From the NCBI RefSeq assembly GCF_030028105.1, contig NC_092379.1, forward strand, positions 46,734,150-46,798,149: DNA of 64,000 nt. Direction: 5' to 3'. Below are positions 12,720 through 25,330 of the stretch, in pieces. The notes beneath the pieces are model-generated. The model did not search any database, was not told the origin of the DNA, and was given only the letters and a program-made list of their open reading frames with translations. The translations under genes and the position numbers were made by a program. The stretch is from Mobula birostris (taxonomy: Eukaryota). The first letter of the stretch is position 1, and every line of letters begins with the position of its first letter.

Positions 12720-14700
12720 TTCAAGAATTCGAATTGTATATTCCTTTAAAGTGCATTCATAGGTTGCGGAATCAGTAGATTGTGGGGTGAATGAAGTTAT
12801 TCCAACTGGATCAAAATCCTAATGGTTAAGGTGTAATAAGTATTCCTGAACCTCGTGGTACCTCCTTCCTGCATGCAGCAGGGAAAAGAGAGCAGGGCCT
12901 GGATGATGCCGGTCCTCGATGATGGATACTTCTTTGCTGCAACAGCACTCCTTACAGATGCGCTCAGTGGTGGGCAAGGGTTTAACTGTGATGGTCCGGG
13001 AGGTATCCACTACTTGTTCAAGTATTTTCTATCAATTGAAGAGCATATTAGTTCCCATACCAGGCTATCATGCAACCATTCAGTACAAGTTTATCTATAG
13101 AAGTTTATCAAAGTTTTAGATGACATGCCGTAATGGCGTAAACCTCTCAAAAAGTAGAGCTGCTGTCATGCCTTCTATGCAATGGCACTGATGTGCTGGG
13201 CCCAAGATACATCCTTCGAAATGATAAAGATGAGGAATTTAAAGATGCTGACTCTTGCCACCTCTGATGACAACTGGCCTATGGAACTCTGGTTACCTTC
13301 TCCTGTAGTCAATGAGCAGGCCTCTGGTCTGACTGACATTGTATGAGAGGACGTTGTTCTGGCAACATTCAGCCAGATTTTCAATCTCCCACTGATATGC
13401 TGATTCGCCATGATGTTTGATTGGAGCCACAACAATACCATCATCAGCAAACTTAAATATGTAATTGCAGCTGACTTAGCCTCACAGTCATGAGCATAGG
13501 CGAGTAAAGCAGGGGAATAAGCACACATCCTTATGGTGCACCTGTGCTGATGGTATTTCTGGAGGAGAGGGTGTTGCAAATCGGCATTGACTGAGGTCTG
13601 CGGGTGAGGAAATCGAGGATGCAGTTGAACAAGGAGGTACTGAGACCTTGGTTTTGAGCTTATTGATTAAGTTTGAGAGGATGGTGGTGCTTAATGCAGA
13701 GCAGCAGTCAAAGAAGAGCATCCTGATGTATGCATTTTCACTGTCCAGACGGTTCAGGGTTGGGTGAAGAACCAATGAATGACATTTGCTGTTGATCTTT
13801 TGTAACAGTAGGCAAATTGGAGTGGATCCAAGTTATTTCTCAGGCAGGAGTTGATATGCATCATAGTCAACCTCTCAAAGCATCCTATGATAGCGGATGT
13901 ACAGGCTACTGCCCGACAGTCATTAAGGCAAGTTGCCACCGTTCTTCTTGGTGGTATAAATGAAGCCTACTTGAAGCAACTGGATATCGCAGACTGGCGA
14001 AGCAAGATGTAAAGGTGAAAAGTTAGTTGAATAACACAGGTCTTCAGTACTCAGCCAGGTACTGAAGCATCTGCTCTAAATGCTTTCCTGGAGTTCTTCC
14101 TGAAGGATGCTCTCAGGTCGGTCCCGGATGCTAAAATTGCAGGGTCGTCGAGGGTGATTTGTCAGAGAAAGCGAACATAAAAAGCATCTGGAAGTGAAAC
14201 GTCATTGTCACATATGTCGCTTGGTTTCACTTTATTGGAGATATAGAATTCTCACCCCTATCACAATTGTTAAAGATGCTTCTGTGGTTCACGTTCTGAC
14301 CCAAAATGCCACTTCACATGTGAGATGGCTTTCCTGAGGTTGTATTTGGACCAAGTATTTTTATTTGGTCACCAGACCTGAATGCCACTGATCTGGCCCA
14401 CAGCAGATTACGGATCTGTTGGCTCATCCAGAGCTTCTGGTTGAGGAAGACTCTAAATGATTTTGTGGGGACACACTCCTCCACGACTGTCGTTATGTCT
14501 GATGAATCCTTGAACACGGCATAGTCTACCTACTCAAAGCAATCCTGGTTTCCAGAGAGGGACCATCTCTTTGTTGATCTTACCTCTGGAGTCTTGCTTT
14601 GTAGTCTCTGCCTGTTTGCAGACAGGAGAGGAGCCAGATGATCAGATTTCCCAAAATGCAAATATTCTCGGATGGTTAATGGCAAAGTGTGTCGTGGAGA
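12720..14700 (-). mobile_element. Rex1/Babar-type non-LTR retrotransposon fragment
   Basis: PKILGPNT..GKPS, CFERLTMMHINSCL..NLDPLQFAY, AYIRMLFFDCCSALSTTI, HHPGPALFSLLHAGRRY motifs. Confidence 0.85.
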
Positions 14701-14869
14701 AAACCTCCATATATTTGTAAATTTTTGTACATGTTTATTTTAATTTGTCTATTAGCAAATACTATTTTTTAACCTGGCACTAAATAAACCCCCTAGCACT
14801 AATGTGCTGTTGTGGCTTACCGTCTTTTTTTTTCCAACTGGTAACCTTCATCGAGCAGGCTTACCCACA

Positions 14870-16730
14870 TCTGATAGTGAGGTGTGACAAAGAGCTTTCC
14901 TTGAAAGACAAGCTGCAAATATAAAGATGTCAGAGTGGTGAATTGAAGAGGAGGGAAGGGGGAGAGGAAATTCCGGATGTTGGAGAAATCGATATTCATG
15001 CCATCAGTTTGGAAGTCACCTGGACGGAATATGAAGTCTTGCTCCTCCAACCTGAGAGCGGCCTTATTGTGGCAAAAGAACAGGTCAGGGAGTAGTGGTA
15101 GGAACTAAAATGGTTGGCCTCGGCAAATTTCGCTTTTTGTGGATAGACTGGAGGTGCTCAACTTAGTGGTTCCCCAATCTACTGTACATCAGGTCTCCCC
15201 AATGTAGACTGGGTCACACTGGGAGTTGCAGATATGCTGGAGAAGTGTTACCATACCTGGAAGGACTGATTGCGACTCAGAGTGCAGAGGGACGAATGGA
15301 CAAGAGAATCAGAGAGAGAGGAAATTCTTGCTGAAAGTGCAGGGGGAAGTAAAGATGTGTTTGTTGTTTAGGTCATGTTTAGGATGCCAGAAGTTATGAA
15401 GAAAGATGTGCTGGATGTGGTGTCTTATAGGATGATAGGTGAGGACAACTCTATCGCTGTTCAGGCGGCCAGAAGATGGGGTGAGCACAAATGACCGAGA
15501 AATAAAGTGGATGTGGATGAAGGAAGCACCAATTTTGGAAGATGGGAAACATATCTGATATCCTGGAAATGCAAGTCTCATGCTTGGAACGGATGCGGTG
15601 GAAATGAAATAACTGTAAAATGGGAATGACATTTTTACAGGAGCCGGTCTGGGAAGCAGTTAAGATATTCATGGGAATTAGTGGGTTTATAAAAGATATC
15701 TGCAGACAGTTTGTCTCTAGCAGTGAGGACAGAGAGACTGAGGAATGGGAGATAGATGTCAGAAATGAACCAAATGAATTTAAGGGCAGGGTGGAAGTTA
15801 GAGGCAAAGTTTATGGAATTGACGAGCTCAGCATGGATGCCCGAAGCAGCACCAATGCAGTCATCAATGTAGGGCAGAAAGTATTGGGGAAAAATACCAG
15901 GGAAGTGTTGGACGATGGACTGTTCCATGTAGCCAAAGAAAAGGCAAGCACAGTTGGGGCCAATGTCAATGTCCATAGCTGTACATTGAGTTTCGAGAAA
16001 GTTGAAGGAGCCAAAAGAGAAACCATAGAGAGTGGTCTAGTTATGTCAGATGGAGGAGACTGGTGGTTGAGAGGAACTGGTCAGGATTGATAACAAGAAT
16101 GAGGGCTTTAAGGTCTTATTGATGGGGGATAGAAGTACATTCATGGTAAAAAAAAAAAAGAGGTGATTAGGGCCATGTAATTTTAAGTTGCTGACGAGGT
16201 CAACAGCAAGTGAAATATCACGGATGTATGTGAGAAAGAACTGAACCAAGGGTAATAAATTGGCATTGAGGAATGGGGACACGAGGTCAGTGGGGCAGGA
16301 ACGGGTAGACGCAATGTGCTTACCCAGAGAGTCAGGTTTGTGGACCTTGAATAAGAGGTAGAAGTGAGCAGTGTGGGGTCAATGGACAATATGGATTGAA
16401 GATCTTCAGAGTTGGTGATGTTGGTGATAGTGTAGGAGACAATGTTCTGATAGTCTTGAGTGGGATCCTTCTCTCTGGGTAAGTAAGAGAAAGGACTGAG
16501 AGGGAAGTTGCCTCATCAAGGTAGAGCTCAGTCCGCCACGCGATAACAGTACCCCCTTTGTCTAAGGGTTTGATGGTGAGATTAGCATTGGTGCGGAAAG
16601 AGTGGACGACAGTACGGCAGAGGATGTAAGGTTCGAAGAGGAGAATGGAGTGCTGAAGATGTGCTGATTGGTTCCTCGTCGGTAATTAGAGCTGAAAGCA
16701 TCCAGAATAGGCAGAAAACTGGAGCCAAGT
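14870..16730 (-). mobile_element. Penelope-like element (RT to GIY-YIG region), degraded
   Basis: IGPNCACLFFGYMEQS...YIDDCIGAAS...DIFYKPTNSHEYL, FHRIRS, LTYHP motifs. Confidence 0.85.
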
Positions 16731-16739
16731 CCGAGAAAA

Positions 16740-17370
16740 TATAACATAGAACATAGAATATAGAACATAGAAATCTACAGCACAGAAGAAGCCCTTCAGC
16801 CCACAATATTGTGCCGGCCATGTTACCTACTCTAGAAACTGCCTAGAATTTCCCTACAGCAGGACATTTTTCAAAGCTCCATGTACCTATCTAAGAGTCT
16901 CTTAAAAGACCTCTACCACCGTTGCTAGCAATGCATTCCACTCACCTACCACTCTCTGGGTGAAGAATTTACCTCTGACATACCCACTATACCTACTTCC
17001 AAGCACCTTAAAACTATGCCCCCTCATGTTAGCCATTTCAGCCCTGGGAAAAAGCCTCCGGCTATCTAGATGATCAATGCCTCTCATCATATTATACACC
17101 TCTATCAGTTCACCTCTCATCCTCCATCGCTCCAAGGAGAAAAGGCCAAGTTTACTCAACCTATTCTCACAAGGCACGCTCTCCATTCCAGGCAACATCC
17201 TATTAAATCTCCTCTGCACTCTCTCCATGGTATCCACATCCTTCCTGTAGTGAGGTGACCAGAACTGAACACAGTACTCTAAGTGAGGTCTAACCAAGGT
17301 CTTATATAGCTGCAACATTACCTTACTGCTCTTGAGCTCAAACCCACGGTTGATGGAGGCCCCTCCCCTT
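16740..17370 (-). mobile_element. CR1 LINE 3' end with (TTCTATG)n tail
   Basis: LYKTLVRPHLEYCVQFWSPHYRKD...; ATAGAAC repeats at about 16740-16772. Confidence 0.9.
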
Positions 17371-17499
17371 TCCTGATCATCAATTCCCTGCTCTGGCTTC
17401 TTAAAGATTTTCCTCACTGGCCTACTACCTCCTCCTGGTGCACCTCCTATGTCCCATTCTCCCATTGTCCTCTCTTGTCTCCTCCTAGATTCTTTTTTT

Positions 17500-17708
17500 C
17501 TCTTTTTCACCTATCATCCCGAAGTTTCTTAATTTATCATCCATCCTCTACCAACTATCACCTTCTCCTCCTTCTTATTCTGGCATCTTCAGCCTACTTT
17601 TCCAGTCCAGATGAATGGTCTCAGTCCTAAATATGGATTATTTATTCATTTCCATAGATGCTGCCCGACCTCCTGAGTTCCTCTATCATTTTGTGTGTGT
17701 TACTCCAG
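17500..17708 (+). mobile_element. Penelope-type 3' tail with degenerate hammerhead (17608-17634)
   Basis: CAGATGAATGGTCTCAGTCCTAAATA followed by CATAGATGCTGCC...TTTTGTGTGTGT. Confidence 0.65.
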
Positions 17709-17729
17709 ATGATACATTGAAGTGATGGC

Positions 17730-18030
17730 AGAAGTTAATTAGTTGCCATGTGGACCCCCAGAAGATACAATCATATAGATGGTCTCATTTCTAAGGACAA
17801 ACAGTGAAAGACAGGACTGCCAGGAAAAGCATTTATTGGGAATATCACAGACCATATTCACCAAGCATCAGACGAACTGAGAGGATGAATGGACTTTCGG
17901 AACAACGTCTTAGTTTATTGACATTGACCCACATCTTACAGTGGTGGCTACACCAAGCTTTGTACTTTATGAACAAGGGACCTTTGCCCCAAGAATTATC
18001 GATAACTAGAATGATCAAATACACTTTGGA
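17730..18030 (+). mobile_element. Retroviral integrase core remnant (ERV-L-like)
   Basis: GPPED.QS..HF.GQTV; IYWEYHRPYSP...ERMNGL; WLHQAL..MNKGP. Resembles the D-D(35)-E region of class III integrases. Confidence 0.7.
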
Positions 18031-18694
18031 ATCACAGCAAGAGGCGTGCACTATAGAAGGATTTCCTATAGGGGAGCGCAAATACAGATGAGCATCCCAA
18101 GTTCTCTGGATTGCAATGGGGAGGTTATAGAAATTGGAGATGGTAATACTTGCTGGATATCAGTACAATGGGCAGACCATTTAGTATATAAACAGGCAGG
18201 AACAGACAAAATGAGAATAATTTAAATATAATAATAAACAGATGCTTTGTTTTCTTTTAGCTGAAATTAGGATGTTGGATGTAATCCAATCAATATCATG
18301 GACCCTGCTGCACAATGCAACTGAGTGCACGGGAAGGACACTGGAGAGCCGTAACCGAGAAAAATTTTCCTCCCTTCAATGGAGGCCGACTTTAGAAGTA
18401 GGTTTTGGAATTGAGGGAGCAATGTCGAGATACAATGCTGCTAAGGATCCTTTCAACTTTTGCCATAATTGTAACATCAGTTTTGCTCAGAGTACTGTCT
18501 GTTTTAACTTACTGCCTGAAGGGAGATGTTAGACGATTGTAACGCCAGACGGCCTCTATATCGTGTGATTTATTACCCATATGGAACTCTAATTGTAATG
18601 TAATCCTGTTGTTTAACGTCTATATTAATTTTGTACTTATTTTAGTTTTTTGTGTAGTATTTTACTTTTTGGTAAAATGTACTACTGAGGAATC

Positions 18695-18909
18695 ATGGGG
18701 TGACGTTTCAGGAAAGAGTTAAACATGATACCTTTTTGGTAAATGCCAAGATTTGTAACACGAAATGAAAGTTTGTATGATAAAATGGTGTCATATTTGA
18801 ATGTGGTGACAGTCTGGAGATGTGCTGAATGCATATCATTGAGATTAAATATTGATAAAGGATGTTTTCTTTCTTGGATACTGTTGTCTCTGTTTCTAAG
18901 TTATGTGCA
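18695..18909 (+). mobile_element. Putative 3' LTR remnant of the ERV-L-like provirus
   Basis: Homologous to 6185-6406 and ends in TGCA. A purine tract GAAGGGAGA followed by TGT at 18518-18529 may mark the LTR start. Confidence 0.55.
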
Positions 18910-19025
18910 GAGAAAGAGAGAGAGAGGCAGAGACAGGGGGGAGAGGCAAGGGGGGAGAGAGGGAGAGAGAGGGTGAGAGTGAGAGAGAGAAGGAAAGAGA
19001 GGGAGAGAGAGGGAGAGAAAGGGAC

Positions 19026-19061
<36 letters not shown>
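18910..19061. repeat. GA-rich microsatellite
   Basis: Imperfect (GA)n/(GGGAGA)n array. Confidence 0.95.
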
Positions 19062-19062
<1 letters not shown>

Positions 19063-19859
19063 ACATTAAATTATTTTCGTTACAGGAGGCTCTAAGAATA
19101 CCACCATCTTCAATGATGGTGGGACATAATATGATTGTACATGACTGTAACATCTATGAGCATGTTTAAACCTAAGTGCTGAACTGTTAATTCATCTCCG
19201 CTTCCTCATGAGACCTCCACTTTCACAAACAGCATTCTTCAGCCTATTGGATTTAGTCCACACCATATCAAGAAATATTTGAAAGGACTGGTTCCAGTAA
19301 ATGCTATGGCATTAATCTAAATCCCAGTAGCAGGTCAATGGGCTTGGAGATAACTGAGTAGGCAACGTGTGTCAGGATACAGACTGAACAAAGAGAAAGA
19401 TTCGGTGTGGTGAACAGAAAGACCGTCTTCTGAGTTGTATGCTTCTATGTCTCTGTGACTCTAAGTAGCTGTGCCACTACCCAAGCTTGTCTGGTGCACT
19501 TATAACACGGGCATTTTTCAATCAAAAGACCAAATATCTTTGAATACATCCATGAAATATCTCATTAATCTCCATTAGCCTTGGAAGAAAAGTTCAGGCC
19601 TCACTCAGTCCCATCCCTGAGTGTGTAAGATTCTGCTGATCAGGCAACAAAGTCCGAAGTCAAGTGCAGATCACCTAGTATGTCACGAATAAATGAGCAG
19701 TCTTGAAGAGAACCACTCTTCCACTACTTTTGATTATGTTCTTATTTATTTCTCTGTATCACTGGTCCACTTACTGCTCCACACCCTTAATATCCTTTTA
19801 CATCTGTTCTAGTTTGATTTCTGAAATGAGTGCTAATCACTACACAATAAATATTTGAG

Positions 19860-20400
19860 CAAAATTCAAGATTCAAGATTGTTTACTGCAATTACCAGAA
19901 CAGAAGAGTAAAGGAGAACAAAATAATTGTTACCCCGGATCCGATGCAGCACAAAAAAAGCATAGCACATAAATATCACAATAATAATAACACAATAAAT
20001 ATAAGTATGTAAGATATTTTATGTGCATGGATTGATCATATGCCTGTAAAGTGAGGCTAGCCATACGGTTGTCTGTGCATAAGGTGCCTGAGAAGAAATT
20101 TTAATGTTGTGGTGGTTGGGGGTATGAAGGAGTGGGTTAGTTGGCGGACGTATCGATCGGCCTTAACTAACTGTTTTTCTCTCTGGTGGTCCTGGCATAG
20201 ATGCTACATGCCCTCCTCACTGAAGGGAGAGGGACAGACAGTGCATAAGCGGAGTCGGTGTGATCTTCCATGATTTTACTAGCCTGTGCATACGAAAATG
20301 TTCTTGATGGTGGGTAAGCTGGAAACCGCACTGTGATGGATAGGAAAGCTCTGCAACAGGTAGAAAACAAAACTGCCCAATGCATTTCTGCCAAACCTCC
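19860..20400 (-). mobile_element. Rex1/Babar 3' fragment
   Basis: IMEDHTDSAYALSVPLPSVRRACSIYARTTREKNS. Confidence 0.75.
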
Positions 20401-22049
20401 ATAATTTAAACTTGATACATAAATTAAGAAAATTGATTTATCTCTACCTTACAGGAACACAGCTCCTGACAGATTAATACATTCTTACTGCTCCACACCT
20501 TTAAAATCTGGATTCTAGGTTACTGATTTGCATTACAGCATCTGCAGAACTACTCCCCAGTCTCACATGATGGTGTTGAAATTATTTGTTTATTTTGCCA
20601 CTATTACTCACACGAAACTCAATGGAGGTTTTACCCTTGTTATCACTGCCTTGCACCTTTTGTTGTTTCCTGCTCCTCTTCCGGTTTGCACGGTTCAGTC
20701 GTAGTCTGAATAGCTACATTGGTTTAATTGCGGACATGGAAATGCGTGACATGGTGCGGGTTCGCCCCTGATTTACATAATAATGTTTTTGCACTTGCAA
20801 ATTCTTAGAATCTAGAAGATAATCATAAATAGTTCCTCAGTTAGTAAAATTACTGGATTTAGCATAATAATTAATTTATGAATTAATTATTAGTTATGCT
20901 GTGATCGACCCAAAAATTGATAGCAAGAGTTGTAATTATGTAATGTATGTAGGTCCCTTTAATTTGAAATAAAGCTTTGAACAACGTTCATCTTGGAGAA
21001 TGTGCTGATACGTTGTAGCAAAGCAGTGCGCAGCTGATCAAGTGGAAGTTGTTGGCCTGTAACTGAGCACTGGAGCCATGCAGGCATCTGCAGTATTATG
21101 GCGAATTAATATTTTGGGCCTAATATTAAAACCTTTAGTCATTTGGAAGTTCGGGTTTTGTTGTATGCGTTATTTTCAATGCCTATTTGTTAAAATTCTG
21201 TGACTGTAATTAGCGTGTCTTATCCGTGAAACAGATTGTCCACTTTTAAGACAATTTATCTTCAAAGTCTACTGCACCCATTTACCAGGAAGAAATTTCA
21301 GCTATAGTTTGCTTAGTAAAGGTATATTTTAACTTCCTTCCAAACTTACCTGACTTTAAAGGCAGATAAGTGGTCACCACAACCATTTCTGACTGAAGAG
21401 CTGTCGGAGGTGTTGGAACAGCCATGATGTATGCTATGATCCCACCTTCTCAATGGTACCAAAGATCTGCAAGTTCACTGAGCTTAAACCGACTGATATT
21501 GGTACACAGAATAGCTATGAGAATCATCTCATTCTCTGTCGACGGCAAGGTAACAAGTCTTGTTCTGGAGCGGTTATTGATGCTTTATTAAATGGATGCC
21601 ATGTTAAAATTTGCAAACGTGCCAGTGCCTTATTTTAGTTCCCTTGCAATATGGAAACGCTGTGCTATATATGGCCTCGGAGCAGACCCCAGGATTTATA
21701 TCTGCAATGAAAAAAATTAGAATTAATACGGGTGGCTGAATAGCGTCCAATATTTATTTGCTCAAAAATTATATGGAGAGAATCTAAATATTTATTTTGT
21801 AATTTGATGTAAATTCTGATGATTTTTGTTTTGCAAAGATTGGATTGCAGGATTAAACCAGGATATGTCCTGTAGAAAGTGGTATGTTCCTTTACGAAAA
21901 AGCCAAAAACGCAGATGAGCTGAGATATTGGAAACAGGAAATATAAATCATAGATAACACCCATCAGTTCAAATGACACCGCTGGAAGCTTTGCATTCCT
22001 GGTATGGAGCTTTCAGAAAAGATAAAGAGGGCTCATAAAAAGGAAAAGC

Positions 22050-22940
22050 AACACGAAATATTGAAGGAACTCAGCAGTTCACGCAGCATCTATGGAGTGA
22101 AGTGAACAGTAGACATTTCCTCCACCATTGATACTGCACTCACCCACATCTCCTCCATTTCCAGGACATCTAAAGTTACCTGCCACCTTGGGAATATAGC
22201 TGCCCTTGTCACATGATTTGCCGCATCCAACACGTCATTCTTCGACAATTTCGTCACCTGCAACGGGACTCTGCCACCAAGGCATCTGTATCTGCTCCCG
22301 CCCCACTCCCGCTTTCTGCAGGGATCGTTCCCTCTGTGATCGCCTTGTCTATTCATCGCTCCACACTAATGACCTTCCTGGCACTTAACATGCAAACGGC
22401 AGAACAACACCTGCCCATTCACTTCCCCTTGACTTCTATTCAGGGCCTCAAACAGTCCTTCCAGCTGAGGCAACACTTAAACTGCATATCTGTTCGGATC
22501 GTTTGCTGTATTCGGTGCTCTTGACGCGGCCGCCTCTATATTGGTGAGTCCCGATGTACCGTTTTGGGGACCACTTTGTCAAGCCCCTCAGCTCTATCGC
22601 TAAAAGCAAGATATTTGGGTAGCCAATTTCAATTCCTATCCCCATTCCTGTTCCGGCATGTCAGTCCATGGCCTCCTCTTCTGCCACAAAGAGGCCATTC
22701 TCAGTTTGGAAGATCAACAACACATACAGCCTCTAGTTAGCCTCTAACCTAATGGCATGATCTTCGATGTCTCCAACTCCCAATAATTAATTTCCCTTCC
22801 CCTGCCTCTTCTTAATTTCCGCACTTTGGCCTTTTGTCTCTTTTCCTCAGCTGCCTATCACCTCCAATGGAAATCCTCTTCCTTCCCTTTCTCCCATAGT
22901 TCACTCTTCTCTCCTATCAGATTTCTTTTTCGCCAGCCCT
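22050..22940 (+). mobile_element. Penelope-like element GIY-YIG fragment
   Basis: QGLKQSFQLRQHLNCISVRIVCCIRCS*RGRLYIGES. Confidence 0.8.
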
Positions 22941-22944
22941 CGCT

Positions 22945-23710
22945 GGAAGTTAGAAGGATCAGGGGTATCTCATTGAAACCTTTCGAATGTTGAAAGGCCT
23001 AGACAGAGTAGATGGAGAAAGTGTGTTTCCCATGGTGGGGTAGTCTAGGACAAGAGGACACAGCCGCAGGATACAGGGGCGTCCATTTAAAACAGTGATG
23101 TGGAAAAATTTCTTCAGCCAGAGGGTGGTGAATTTGTGAAATTTGAGGCAGATGGATTTTATTCCAAACATGTTTGAGGTGTTGCAATTCAGTAGGACAA
23201 ACCAGGATTTCGAGTATTGTGTTCAGTTTTGGTCACCAACCTACAGGAAAGATATAAATAAGATTGAAAGAGTACAGAGAAAATTTGGAGGTATGTTGCC
23301 AGGGTTGGCAGACTTCAGTTATATGGAAAAATGGAATAGATTAGGACTTTATTCCTTGGAACATAAAAGATGGAGGGGAGATTTTATAAAGGTATACAAA
23401 ATTATGAGTAAATGTAAACAAGCTTTTTCCACAGAGGTTGGGTGGGACTGCAACTGGAGGCCATGGATTGGGGTGAAAGGTGAAGTGTTTACAGGGAACA
23501 TGAAGGAAAACGTCTTTGCTCGGAAGGTCATGAGAGTATGGAATGAGCTGCCATGCGAACTCGGCTTCAACGTTTAAGATAAGTTTGGATAGGTACATGG
23601 ATGCGAGTGGTATGGAGGGCTATGGTCCGAGCGCAGGTCGATGTGCGTGGCAGTTTAATTTAATGGTCACAGACTAGATGTGCTGAAGGGCTTTTTACTA
23701 CGCTATACAT
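22945..23710. mobile_element. Two CR1 3' fragments in opposite orientations (minus 22945-23150; plus 23160-23710)
   Basis: LWLKKFF on the minus strand; FEYCVQFWSPTYRKDINKIERVQRKF on the plus strand. Confidence 0.8.
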
Positions 23711-24639
23711 TTCTATGACTCCGACTCTAACCTGAAGAAAGACGAAGTGGATAATGGGCTGGGCGTGAGGGTGTGGGAGGGGAAAAGAATACGTTTGGGC
23801 AAGAGGGATGAGAAAATAAAGGAGGAGGGGAACAGAGGGGACTGGTCACCAGAAGAAAAAGTCTATATTGATGGCGTCAGGTTGGATACTATGAAGACTG
23901 AATATGAGGTGTTATTCTTCTAATCTGCGACAGATCTTACCGAAGCAATACAAGAGGAGTTTGACAGATATGTCAGTTTGGGAATGGAAAATGCAATTAA
24001 AATGGCTGGATGTTACGGCCGACTGAGTGAAGGTGCTCGACGAAGCCGTCTACCAGGCCCGCCTCGTCTCACAGTTGTAGAGTTGGCCGCACCGGATGCA
24101 ATAATGACCTCGGTGGATTCACAGGTGAAGCACAGCAACTGGAAGGACTCTTTAGGGCATTTAACGCGTGGCAAACGTGGAGTCTCTAGCCAAAAGAAGC
24201 TTTGTGTAGTCAAGAGCATCCAACCACCATCGCCTCTGCACCTTAATAACTGCAATCACATTTTTCCTGCTGTAGGATGACTAGAATTTAAGGTCATACT
24301 ATCGTTTTATTTTCAGCCCTCTCTCCATCTGCGTTCCCTGCGTTTGCCAACGAAAGGTCCAGTATGCCTTCGTCAATAGCTTATTTCCCTAATCACGAAT
24401 CCTAAATTCTAATCACTGGTCCAAATCGCACATCTCCTTCCAGTAGCTCAGGTTGTTCAGATGCCTGACAACAGACCATGGACCAGACATTTCATTCCAA
24501 GTTTTGATACGGAAAGAGATTAAAAGGCGGTTAACGGCAGTTGAAGGATTTACTCAAAATCTCCTTGGGAAAATAATGCATCTAACTGATTCCTAAAGGT
24601 TCCATGCCTTTCACTGTTTCAAGTGGCGACGCAGTGCGG

Positions 24640-25330
24640 GTAATCATACTGAGAATCTTGCACTTAAATACTGATATCCAATATAAACGGCAAAAGAACC
24701 AAATCCCATTCGCACTCCCGCATCATCCAGGTCTTCCTCCTCTTATGAGGTACAGTCTGGAGTCCAAACAAAACCATTGGTCTACAGAGCAGTCCCCTGA
24801 GCTAGAATTACTTTATGGAGCTGAATTATGGAGCAGAAACCTAAAAAGCCCCAGAACAATGCCACCAAATACTGTATACTTACGATATGTTTGAGGATAT
24901 GCTGGAACGGAAGACGCACTAACAGCACTGGAGGAAGCCGACATGAACATCATCTCCACCACGATAAAGCAACACCATCTCCAAAGGATAGATCATGTAA
25001 ATCAAACACCTAACTCTCTCCTCCCGAAATAAATACTTTACTCTCAGTTGAATGAAGTTCAGCAAGGAACTGATTGCAGAGGAAACACTTCAAATACACC
25101 ATCAAAATCAGTCTGAAGAAAGTCAACATTACATCTACAAACTGGGAAGACATTGAACTCAGTTGATGTACCTGGAGGAAGTATGTTCTAGATGGAACTG
25201 CGGTACATGCGAGTGACCGACACTATGTCCAAATGACGTATGGGAGTTGCAAAAGGAGAGACAGAACAAGCAAAAGACCCAACAGCTAACCAGTGCGCTT
25301 GTTCTATGTTCAAAATGCGAAGAGATCTGC
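24640..25330 (+). mobile_element. RTE-clade LINE 3' fragment
   Basis: VYRAV...LLYGAELW, ICLRICWNGRRTN, LPK..LYSQL, QRKHFKYTIK, WEDI...RCTWR motifs. Confidence 0.7.

Noticed and set aside
14656-14663. Additional ATGCAAAT octamer
   Set aside because: Lies within a Rex1 fragment about 16 kb from the V, with no TATA or promoter context.
18743-19169. Arg/Glu- and Leu/Ser-rich ORFs
   Set aside because: Translations of the GA microsatellite.
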